A stretch of 63,658 nucleotides of DNA, filler included, from Reticulomyxa filosa (Eukaryota > Protista > Foraminifera), in assembly GCA_000512085.1 (NCBI GenBank). It is 18 parts of 18 records of this genome, joined end to end, with 100 filler letters (N's around TTAATTAATTAA, not from the genome) between each part and the next. Parts side by side here need not be neighbours in the genome. Positions count along the whole stretch, not along the records: positions 1 to 10,659 come from ASPP01017450.1; positions 10,760 to 23,088 come from ASPP01003834.1; 16 more parts are not named here. The stretch is one strand, 5' to 3'. Positions 1 through 11,145 of the stretch are shown here, piece after piece. Position 1 is the first letter of the stretch. Each line of letters opens with the position of its first letter. A model generated the notes under the pieces. The model worked only from the letters and a program-made list of their open reading frames with translations, did no database searches and was not told where the DNA came from. The position numbers and the translations under genes were made by a program.

Positions 1-68
1 TCATGGAGAAAACCAATTATCATCATATGATATCGTTTTAGGCGTTCAGTTTTCTTTGCAACCTATTG
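1..68. mobile_element. Right terminal inverted repeat of a Tc1/mariner-type MITE family, cut by the window start
   Basis: 1-70 is nearly the reverse complement of 43967-44036. It ends ...GCAACCTATTG followed by TA and is related to the TIRs of the complete element at 30564-30891. Confidence 0.8.
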
Positions 69-890
69 TAGCTCTTTTTACTTGTTTATTGTCACGAGAT
101 ATTTTACATGTTTAATGTCTTTTTCTGTTTTTTTAAAGTGAATATTTTATGCTTTGTATGAGTCTTAAAATTTAGGAATAGTTTCCTTTTTTTCATTTTG
201 ATTACGCGGGCATATGCAACATGTTAAGTGAGTTTGAGCGATAATCAAACTCAATAGTGCAAAAAGAAAATTTTTACAACGCGAATAACAATTTCAGCGC
301 AAATTTATTTTAACATTACAATACAAATCTCAATCTTTTGCAAGTAACAAAGCAATTTTAAATTGCAAAAAGAATTTTGGATAGCATGTGGGACGTGCTG
401 ACCATTACTTTGGCTGGCACAAGTTAATACGAAAAATATTACTCTCTGAGTGATTTTTCAATAAAAACAAGATAGTTAAATCAAAGCTGTCATTTTTGAA
501 TTACAGAAAAGATCGGACATGTATCAAGAAAAACTGTTTTGTCCTCTTTGAAATATTTCAGCATGGTAACCAATTTTTTTTTTCGTTTGCAGATTGTTAT
601 CGATATTTATGATTGCTATTGTTGCGCTGTTTTTGTGGTTTATCACACAATAATATCACATCATCAATTTCCTTTTATCATGCAAAATAAACAATAAAAT
701 GGATGAAATTTTTAAAGCAAAGCAAAGAAAAAATAGTTATATCTTATTCTCTTTACAGTGTTTGACTTCCTTTTTCAATGTTAAATGTAACACTTCACAA
801 ATTCAGTTATTTTGTTCAATTATCAAACACTTTTTCTTAAATTTACTCTTTTTTTCCATGTTATTTGCGTTTCTTTTTAAAAGAAAGCAA

Positions 891-3538
891 ATGGAGCAGG
901 AAGGTTATGCCAGAAAACCATTGCAAAAGTGGACTTTGGCAGATATCTGCAGTTAAACCAGTTTATTCGAAAGGAAATAAGAGCTTGTTGAAGGTGTTGG
1001 GATTGTTTTGTGATTGTTCAGATTGGAATGAAAGTTTAGTTGAAATTGGCAAAAAGGGAATGAGACAAGTTATAGAAATGAAAGGGACAGAATTAACAGG
1101 ACAAATGTTGGCAGACTTCACAGTACCAAAACTTCAGGATGAGTACAAACTGGGAAAACTTCCATCAATGAAGATTGTTGAAGCACTTGACAAAATTAAA
1201 AGAAATAATCCACCATCACAAACAAATGAACATAGGCCATCCATACAAATGATAACGGAAGATACAAAAAATGAGGAAAAAGAAGATGGAAGTGAAGAAC
1301 ACCAAAGCAAAAGTGAATCCAAAAATGTCTATACTATTGAGTGGATAAGTGAATATCAGGGTCTTATCGGTTTAAAAAATCTTGGAAGCACTTGTTATTT
1401 AAACTCTGCTGTACAGGTTTACGTATACAAAAACAAAATAAAAAAACAGAGTGGGATTTGAGATGAAGTGGAGTGGATTCTTGTTTGTACAGTTCATTTA
1501 TTTCACGTTTAAAAAAATTAATAGTGTTTGTTGCAAGTCAAACCACTAGTGCATCTATTCTTATTTGATCACCCATATGATTACAAGTATGATTACCAGT
1601 ATGATAGCAGCAAGGATTGGAGCATGTCAATTAGCACAGCATGGAGCAAAACAGTATATCAAGCATACACTAATCAAATAAAAAATGGAGTGTACTCTTT
1701 ATCAGCACTATTGTCATCATTGAAAAAAGTGAATCACAATTTTAGCGAAGAAAAGTCAAAAACATTCATTTGAAGGGATATCCGTGTTATTGAGTAAGTT
1801 AGAGCTTGTTTTCCTTGGTAATCAGCCATTGCAAACATTCGAAAGAATATTTCATGAAACCGAAATGGAATCCATGAAAGAAGAAGAGGAACTAACAATA
1901 GGAAAAAACCTATACAAGCAACTAACAGTACAAACAAATAGAGTTGGACAAATCTTTGATGGGATACAAGTAAAGGCTATTCAATGTGAGTATTGTGGGT
2001 ATTGTCTTCGCAAATTTGAACAATTTCGCTATATCGTCTGTCCAGTTGTATCCAGAAATCAAGTCCTTCCAATCATAGTCATTGCCAATAATACAGCTAT
2101 GTTTGAAAAAAAGGAATTGATAGTTCCATCCACCATAACCATTTATAAACTGAAAGACATTATTGCCGAAAAGATGGAGCGCTTCAAAGACAGCAAGCGT
2201 GAAAATTGGTATATTGGCTCAATATTAGAGAGGGTAAAAGTACAGACACAAGTGGGATCAGAGCCATCTTTGGAATTGGATATCGGAAGAATTCCAGATG
2301 ACATGGAAATTGGACAATTGTATAAGCGGCGTATCTTTGCCATTTATTACCCTGAGCATAACTCTCGATTGTTTGATGTGTTATGTGTGGAAGTCAAAAT
2401 AGACGGAAATGACAAATTAAACAAGCGTGCGCGCATGGTATCATTGTTGCAATTGCAAGAAGGACAAATATACAGGAAAAGAATTGATGGATATTTTAGC
2501 AGAAAAATATAAGGAATCGAAGTGGCATGTGTTCAAGATATTTATGAATAACAAATTACTACGTGAGTATTCCACTATTCAGCTTCCAATTGCTACACAT
2601 TTGCTTATTGTTCTTTCTAATTCCAATAAAAAAGAAGATAACAAGGAAAGCAATGAAAATAATAAAACAATAAAAATTATGACAATCATATCGATGAAAA
2701 CAAGGAGTATGAATCATCACAGTTCGACAGTGATGCCATGGCAAAAGAATTTTATTCCTTCTTCCTTTTCAAGGAAACACAAATTTGCAAGAATGGCACA
2801 GATGCAAAAGCAACTACATTCCAGCAATTAGAGCGAACCAAACGTATCATTGAGTTTTTGGAATTGCTCCACAATGGTAAAGCAATCAACGATTCTGAAT
2901 ATGGGTCAATATTAAAATCTTTTTGGGATAGTTATCCTATTGCTCGTACAGTTTTTTTTAAAAACATTTTCCAAAGTACTTTCATCAAAGAACAGATCTT
3001 AAGCCTTCGTTCCATTGAAAATAAGTTCGATTCATCCTTGCGCGATCACGAGCTGCTACAACAATACATTAGACATACTCTTGCGCGAATGACCATTTTC
3101 GAGAAAAATGAAATATTGCTCAAATCTTTGAATGAATCCTTACAAGAGGTGTTTGACATAGAATACGTGCTCAAAAAGCAATTTAAATGCCACTGCAGAA
3201 CTGCAATTACTGATATTGTTGTTAAAAAAAAAATGTTGATTGGCCCACAATATTTAATTATTCCTTTGAAAAGAGGCAAATATGGTCACAGTATTTCCTT
3301 TGAACAGTTGCTCAATTTGAATTCACAAACTTATCAGCTATGTGGAATATGTTGTCATTATCTAAATAGTTCAAATAATTGTCACAATGTTGCTCATGTT
3401 CGTCGATTTTATGATAACAAATGGTATGAAATTGATGACGATAATATTTTCTTCGAGGGTATATCTCTACCACAAAAAACTTTTTCCAATGCCACTGTTT
3501 TGATTTATCAAAAAATTGATACACGCATTTTATCATAA
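891..3538 (+). CDS. SAM-domain ubiquitin-specific protease (USP/C19), spliced, with 3 apparent frameshifts
   Basis: ATG at 891; removing GT-AG intron 952-1021 gives KWTLADICNWNESL...ELTGQML (SAM-like). Cys box GLKNLGSTCYLNSAVQ|CLLQ spans intron 1417-1524. His box HYLNSSNNCHNVAHVR...WYEIDDD, ending VLIYQK. The frame changes near 1755, 2470 and 2665, all in A-rich runs. Confidence 0.85.
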
Positions 3539-3875
3539 GCTTCTTGCCAAATTATTATTCAATTGGATGAGAGTATAAATTGGTTCTTTTGACATTTTTT
3601 AATATCAAAAAGAAAAATATACAGTGTTAATGACACTTACAAATTTTCACACGTTCAGATGATAAATGATACAATCATGGAAATGCTAAAAAAAAGTATA
3701 AATGCATTTTAATAATGCTCAAACGCTAAATGTAAAACTTTGTTATTTTTGGTTACTATTTTGTTGAACTACTTGCAATGGGGGTGATATTTTTTTAACT
3801 TGAAATAGACGAATCAAGTGACGAAAAATGAATGAATATTCGTTTTTTCATTGGGGAGTTAAACTTTGTGGAGGA

Positions 3876-5018
3876 ATGAATAGAAACAAGAGAAATAAGA
3901 CCCAAAAAAATAATAAAAAAAAAGAAGGAAGCCAAAGGCACGAGAGAATCAACCCAATACATTTGGTACCTGTTGTTTTTTGTTCGTTGTCAAACATAAA
4001 AAAAAAATGAAGTATATTTTTAAAAACAGACAAAGCAAATGATAAAACTGTTAGTAGAGCATTTATTTAGAACATCCTTCAGCAGTCGTTGGGGATGGAT
4101 TGAAGAATTCAATATACTTATTGCAAAATACGCAAAGTATTTTAAGCAATTGAATGTATTGAAAGGACATGTATTTGGTGTGACAAAGGTGCAATTTTCA
4201 TCAAATGGTTGTTTTATTGTGTCTTGTTCTATTGACAAAACCATTCGAATATGGGATATGCAATTAAGACAACAAATTCAAAAGTTAGAAGGACATTTGA
4301 ATATTGTTACCGGAGCACAATTTTCACCAGATGGAAGAACAATTGTATCTTGTTCTGATGATGAGACAATTAGACTGTGGGATGTATCATCAGGAAAAGA
4401 ATTGCAAGCATTGAAAGGACATGTGAATTACATTACAGATGTACAATTTTCATCAGATGGTCTTACCATTGTATCGTGTTCTCATGATAAAACAATTCGA
4501 ATGTGGGATGTGGATCAGGAAAAGAGATACAAAAATTAGAAGGAATGCATGTGGGTGTTATCACAGGAGTTCGATATTCTCCAAATGGTAATACAATTGT
4601 ATCTTGTTCAAGTGATGAAACAATTCGAATATGGGATGTACAAACAGGGAAGGAAATTAAAAAATTAGAGGGACATTTAGACGATATTACAGATGTGCAA
4701 TTTTCTCCAAATGGACTAAATATTCTATCTTGTTCAGATGATAAAACAATTCGAATATGGGATGTAGCATCAGGAAAAGAGATGCAAAGGCTTGAAGGGC
4801 ATCAAGGATGGGTAAACAGTGCTCATTTTTCACCAGATGGTCGTGTCATTGTTTCATGCTCTTTTGACAGAACAATTCGATTGTGGGACGTTGCAACAGG
4901 AAATGAGATACAAAAGTTGACAGGACATTCAGATAGCGTCACATGTGTTCAATTTTCTCCAGATGGTGAAATTCTTGTGTCATGCTCAACTGATAAAACT
5001 ATTCGACTTTGGGGATAA
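3876..5018 (+). CDS. WD40-repeat protein (7-bladed) with one frameshift near 4515
   Basis: Repeated GH...V.FSPDG..IVSCS.D.TIRIWD units in ORFs 4039-4539 and 4503-5018. N-terminal family motif GWIEEFNILIAKY. Probable short first exon from ATG 3876 with an intron at about 3966-4029. Confidence 0.85.
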
Positions 5019-5314
5019 ACAAATGAAATAATAAAAATATCTGTTTGAAATATTGCTCGAAACTGATAACAAAAAAAAAAAATATATATATATATATCAT
5101 TTTTTTTTTTAATTGATATTTTCGCAAGTACATTTATTTTGATTTATTTTATTAATAAATCTCAATCTTCTTTAAAAGTAAAACCCCTTGTACGTGACAG
5201 TGTGAACAAATAAACAACTCTACTTTGAAATACAATGTAAATTTAGCCTTTTTGTAATCAAAATGCAAGTATGTTTGGTCCTATGCAAATTCACACTTTT
5301 GACAACAATAGAGA

Positions 5315-8169
5315 TTACAGTTTAATACGTTTCTGTCGTTGGTATATTAAGACCATTACTCCAGCGTTTGTATCAGAATGCGGTTGCTTCTTTTGAATAA
5401 AATCGTCATTTACAAGATACCATTCACCATTGTAGATGTTTTTCACATAAGAAAAGTAGTGACCACCTCGACTCGTAATTCCGTTATGAATACAGGCTGC
5501 AACTAGATTGTACATCTGCTTTTGATTTGCAAATACAAGGTCTTTTAATGGAAAGGTGATGGGATGTTGATATTTAATACTTTCTCCTGTATTTGTAACG
5601 GAGCTTCGCTCCAATTGGATCATGAGAATCTTTGGTGTAGCAAGCACTCTTTTTTCGTGTAACACGATATTTCCACATAGACATGACAAAGTTTCATCTT
5701 GTATAATCGTTGTTTCTCTATAGCACTCTTTTAAGCACTCTTCCAATGTCTTTATCTCTTCAAGCATTTCTTTCGTTTTCACTTGCGTCAATGTTTTCCA
5801 TTTCTGGTTTACGTCCTATAAGTATACGTAAAAAATAAGCCACTTGCGCAAATATGGAGTTGCATTCATATTACACTATAATATATGTATCATAAGAAAG
5901 CGAACATAACTTCCAAAATCTTTGCAGGGAATGGAATAGAAGTATAATATATTTCTAAAAGATCAAGCATCTGCAATCTTTGCAGCAACCCTAGATTTAG
6001 TAAACTGGCGTTATAGTTGTTATGCTTTAGTAATTGCCTCTGTGTCTGAATAATTTCAATAATCTCTTTTTGCTCCTTTTTTTCACTAATAAGCGAAATA
6101 ATCCAATCTAGATCATATTGATTCATGGCCTTCAATTGCTCCTTTTGTTATTTGAGTTTGATTCCATCAATTCTTAAATATTTAAAATATATTGATGTCC
6201 CGTTCTTTCTTAACTGTTAATATACTCTTCCTAAGGTCGTGAATGATGCAAATGAAATGTTGGTGTTCATCCATACTCGTAAAGTCGTATACGCGATTTG
6301 GTTCAATTCTTTCGCTCCCATAATAGACCTCCAAATCCGTATCTTTGCTCAGCTGGAAGTGTGATGCACTGTAATGAGCAAACTCCAATATATCACTTCC
6401 GGAAATTGGTGAGGAAATCGAAGTCTCAAAAAAATTAATTACAGGATCGTCATTAACAATTTCAATTTGAAAAAATAGTCTAGTTGCTTCGTTTTTCTGC
6501 ATGTTATTGAGAAAAAAAAAATACACTTTTATACAATGATGGGTTATAAAAAAAATGTTCTGGCATATGACTCCAAAAAAAAAAAAAAAAAAAAGAAACG
6601 CTACAATTACATAAGGTGTAGCTATGGCAAAGAAGCCATAAGCAGAAGCATCTAAGGAAGAGAAGGTGTCACTGTCTTCCAGAAATCCAGCCCAATTTTG
6701 AAAATCCCTGTGTTTGAATCTTACGTACCCAATCTTGACTCTAAAATCTCCTTCGTATTGTTTTTGGAACTCCTCCATAAGAATACGTTTTGCCAATTGT
6801 ATCGATTCATTGCAAGGAATAATGATTTCTTGCACATTGTTAAAATGCTTCAAAACAACAGCAACAGTTTGTTTTTGAATTACTACTGGCGCCTTCACAA
6901 CTCGAAATGGCTCAATAAAATTTTGTTGTAGGTTGCAAGTTGGACACCGAGTCTTTGGCATTTTGTTGTTGTTATTGTTGGGAAGGGGGGGAAAAAAAAC
7001 CATGTGGAACACATAGCATGCAATCGTGCAACAAACGTAATAATAAAAGATTGGACAAACTGTATTGTATTCAATCCCATCGAAAAGCTTACAAATGGGA
7101 GATGCATCGACACACAATTTTCTGTACATTTTTATACCCTTTTCCAAAATTTGCGCATTGTCAATACCATTGCTCTTCAACTCTTCCCAAAACTCACAGC
7201 GGGATTTCCCACGATAATGTCCTTCTAATTCGTCCAGCACGGCATTCAACAATGAAAATGCATCATGTTGACAACCACTGGAAAAACTGCCAAAAAAAAA
7301 GAAAACAATTTTTTGAAATGTTATTATACACCTTTTGCACTTTTTGCAAACGAAAATACCTTGGGTTCAACTTGCCTACAGCTGTGCGTAGTTCTGAAGC
7401 GTCTATTTTTGTGTATTTTTTTCCATCAAACTGACGGTGTGCTTCCCAAACTAAGTTATGCCATGCAGTGGCCACTGTTTGTGATTTGGATACGCGCATT
7501 GTGAATGGCTTCTCCAGTGCAATCAATGGTCCTATTTGTAAGAGACACTACAAATTTTTTTTTTAACGTGTTTGTACGTATGTACAAAAAAAAAGTGACG
7601 GCTCTATATCCAAAAGAAGTACTCAAATAAATACGCATACATACAAAATACTCACTTGTAATCCTGCGTTCACAAAGCATGAGTTATTCTGATTTTTTAG
7701 TCCGATCAAGCCTGGATAGTTCCCAATTTCTTGCTTGTTTTTTTCTGTATTCATAAAACATGTTGTTTGCAAAAGCCTATTTAAAAAAGCGTTTTGATAG
7801 CTTGTTTTTTTCATGCCTCTCTCTTGTTCTTCTTCTTCCGATTCATCACCATTTTGTGTAGCGTATCTGATTTCCTTCAGACTCGTTATGACTTTATCTG
7901 CCATACTTTTATTCTTGATCATCTCTATACACTTCGTTTCTGTTAGTCCATCGAGAGTCTTTGCACTTAACTTACGTTCTTTTTGCAGTTTAGTCAATCG
8001 TGTTGAAACAAACCTGGGCAAACTATTCACCCATGCTGTTTTTTGTATTATTTTACCGTTATTTTCAATATGTGCCGCAGTTTGGTGTCGGTCAACAGAT
8101 TGTGAGATATATATTGCCTGACATATCTTCGTTCGTCCATTCACTGAACTTCTTGGATTTGAAAGACAT
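5315..8169 (-). CDS. Second SAM-domain USP deubiquitinase, multi-exon, with a lesion near 6150-6190
   Basis: ATG 8169 MSFKSKKFSEWTNEDMS joins AWVNSL through a GC-AG intron at 8117-8036 (SAM-like). Cys box GLKNQNNSCFVNAGLQ|CLLQ spans intron 7655-7548. QHDA motif after the next intron. His box HNGITSRGGHYFSYVK...WYLVNDD; stop at 5315. Confidence 0.85.
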
Positions 8170-8530
8170 CTCAATAAAAATAACAAACGCCGTCCCAACT
8201 TACAAATTTTGGCAAAAAAAAACATCTCACTCCAACTTTTCCCAAGTTTTTGAAACAATTATTTTCATGGTCTTAGTTCGATTCAGAACGATGTTTAAAC
8301 TGATTGCACCAAACTCGTACTTGAGTATTTTCAAATGTTGGAAAGAAATTAATTTTAATCATTTAGGGCTTCTTTTCAATCAAAAAAAGGATTTAGTAAA
8401 GTAAGCGTGTGTTTTGAATTTATGTATAGGTGTATGATTGCCATGGACACAAATCATTGTGGGACGGATTAAAAGAACTTTTTTCCTTCAAAAAGTTAAG
8501 AGAAGTGTTTATTTTGTTAGGGGATCAAGT

Positions 8531-10235
8531 ATGTCGCAAAAAAAATTGATAGAACTGACATGCCAAGAAGTTGCAGGTATTTTAATCGCGTTGTGTCTCA
8601 TTCTTTTGATTTGCATTTGGTTTTTAGAAAAAGAGCTCTGCTGAAATAAACAGAGTGGATATCTAGCTTTGACAACCTCACTGGAGCGGAGAAAATAAAA
8701 GAGCAAATAATACAACAAGAGATTGATGGTGCTGCTTTGTGTGCAGTCTCATCAAAAAAGATTTGGAGGAAATTGGTTTGACTGTGAACCCAGAGGGTTT
8801 ATTGACTGCGATAAAGAGTCGTTCGGCAAGAGAGTCTGTGTTGACCACAAATATGGAGGGTGAGAGTGAATTTGATATCAATCTCTGCGCAAAATCAAAA
8901 AATAGAAAGATCACAGGATGTCATAAAAATATGAAGATTGTAGAGCTAAGACTGAATATTGCAGAACAAACAGGCCTTCAAAACCTCTTGTTGTTTGCTG
9001 GGTCCAAAGAGTTATCAAACGAGAACGTTAAGCATTAACATTTGTACATACGAATGAGTTTTGATTAGTCACATGTGCAATTTCTAAATCATAGGCAACG
9101 TTGGCATCTTATGGAATTTTTCCCCCACGTACAAACATATCCGCAATGTTTAACACTGCTGGTGGTACTTCCAGTTAATTGTCCCAAATAAAAAAATACG
9201 TACTTTTTAAAAAAAAAAGCAGTGTCCATAATTTTTTTTTTTAAAAAAGAGAACTCCATTCGAATCCGGAGATTTAATCCAGACGATCCCAATATCATAC
9301 TGACAACAGAGAAAGATTGTATTTCTCTTGAGGACAGTGTCAGTTGTCTTCGAGCGAAAATGCCTTGTGGACATGCAATTGGGTGTTACACCATGTTTGA
9401 GTACATGAAATCTGTGTTAAACAGGGACATGTATTCCTACAAAATCCTCTGCCCTGCTGTGATTGAAGATAAGATCAAGACGACGTATACTATTTGTGGC
9501 AAGGAGTGGGATTGGCAGCTTGTTGCTGCTGTTGCAGATTTGAACGAAAATGAATATACACAGTATACAGATATCATTACAAATCGTTTTATGGAGGCAA
9601 AAGAAATTAAGACTTGCCCTTCGTGTCTTGGAAAATGCATAAGAGGGAAATATTTAAATGTTTTTAGGTAAAAATTGTCCTTTTTTTTTTTTGAGTATTA
9701 TGTCAATCTCAAAAAAAATACCTCATTACAGGACAAAGTGCTTAGGTTGCAATAGCGATTTTTGTTGGGCGTGTGAGCAACCTTGGCAAAGCGAAGGACA
9801 ACAAATATGTGGAAACCAAAACTGTCCATTGTGGGAAACCCAAAAGTTATTAGAAACTTGCGATCTCAAAGTGAGTTCTGATGTCAAAATGCCTCCATTT
9901 CGTGCTTGTCCCGCTTGCTTATCAGTTCCAATGTATTTTTTTGCTATCTTTATTCTGTTGTTTTTTTTTTTTGCAAAGTAACGGATCACTATCACCACTT
10001 TTTTAGCTCATTCACCATAACAAAGCCTGCAAGCATATCAAATGCGCTGGTTGTGGAAAGAATTTTTGCTTTTCTTGTTTGGAATTTTCTCAAGGTATTC
10101 CAATCTGTTTTTAAAAGAATCTAAAATTGCAAGAGGTGCTCTTGAAAAAAAAAAACAGATGCAGAAGGGAAAAAATGGAGCTGTGGCAGTCCATTTGATC
10201 AATGCAAGACTGCTGATCGGCAAAAATTGAAATAA
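8531..10235 (+). CDS. SAM - ubiquitin-like - RBR (RING1-IBR-RING2) E3 ubiquitin ligase
   Basis: Exon 1 MSQKKLIELTCQEVA, intron 8577-8653, then EWISSF..EIDGAAL..DLEEIG (SAM; frameshift at the A6 run near 8755). UBL LLFAGSKELSNEN|ATLASYGI..MFNTAGG. RING1 MPCGHAI..ILCP; IBR CPSC..C..C..DFCWACEQPW; RING2 CPAC..ACKHIKC..C..FCFSC. Last exon ends RQKLK* at 10235. Confidence 0.85.
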
Positions 10236-10659
10236 AGCTACTGTCAAAAAGTAACAAGTAATGTAACAGATTTTCAATGTATCCGAAATGGCTCTATAAA
10301 TGGATAAAATTGTTTGAAATGTTGTTTTGCTTTGTGTGCTATTGGAAAAATGAATGAGCGTAGTTTGCATGATTTGCGACTGATAGCAGGTTGCTGACGC
10401 GTTTCTTACTTACTGAATTAAAATGTTCGATCTTGAGCCAATTTGTGAAACTCTTTTTTTGCCGTGTTGCTTCCCTCCAAACTTTTTAAAGTTATACACT
10501 ACCTCACTCTATTGTCTCGTTCACTAAAAGGAAAAGTATCGTCCCAATCAACACTTTTTCATTTGTCCAATATTGACAGTTATATTGTGCATTTTAATAT
10601 TGTAGTTGAATATTCAAACTTGTCACCGAGGTATGTCAAAGCTAAAACCTGAATGGAGT

Positions 10660-10759
10660 NNNNNNNNNNNNNNNNNNNNNNNNNNNNNNNNNNNNNNNNN
10701 NNNTTAATTAATTAANNNNNNNNNNNNNNNNNNNNNNNNNNNNNNNNNNNNNNNNNNNN
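10660..10759. other. Artificial contig-joining spacer (first of 17)
   Basis: N44-TTAATTAATTAA-N44 puts stops in all six frames. Identical 100-bp spacers start at 10660, 23089, 26431, 27575, 30021, 33620, 38052, 40334, 41490, 44069, 45185, 50223, 51884, 54675, 55776, 57001 and 60283. Confidence 0.97.
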
Positions 10760-11114
10760 GTTGTTGTGATTGGTTGTATTACTGTTATCGACATCTTCAG
10801 ATGGCGGCGGAGGCAGACCAGTAAAAAGAGAAAGAGAAGGAGGATGAGGAGGTGGTGAGGATGTGGTGACATCAAGCTCATTGACAGCACGATCTTGAAT
10901 GGAATTCGCATTGTGAAAAAGCTGCACGCGATAGGCACCAATATGATGGTGTGGAATCGTATATTGGTCCGCCAAAGACAAAGACAACCTGACGCCATTG
11001 GCGACGGACCCGTCCTCGATGAGGACAAACTCAGGAGGGCCTCGTGTCAATGCCAATGTGTGATCGCCTTTTGCACTGCGTCCAAGGTCGTGCATCGCCG
11101 TGGACGACGACGAC

Positions 11115-11145
<31 letters not shown>

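Noticed and set aside
865-1021. ORF-track N-termini for the USPs (865-1461 and 8258-7623)
   Set aside because: They read through introns; the spliced starts at 891 and 8169 give SAM-like sequence with a shared intron position.
6140-6190. Stop-codon reassignment as an explanation for broken genes
   Set aside because: TAA, TAG and TGA each end well-supported genes here (5018, 17664, 42644), and most breaks are frame changes rather than in-frame stops.
10660-10759. Repeated TTAATTAATTAA as a regulatory or CRISPR-like repeat
   Set aside because: It is always centred in exactly 44+44 Ns, so it is an assembly linker carrying six-frame stops.
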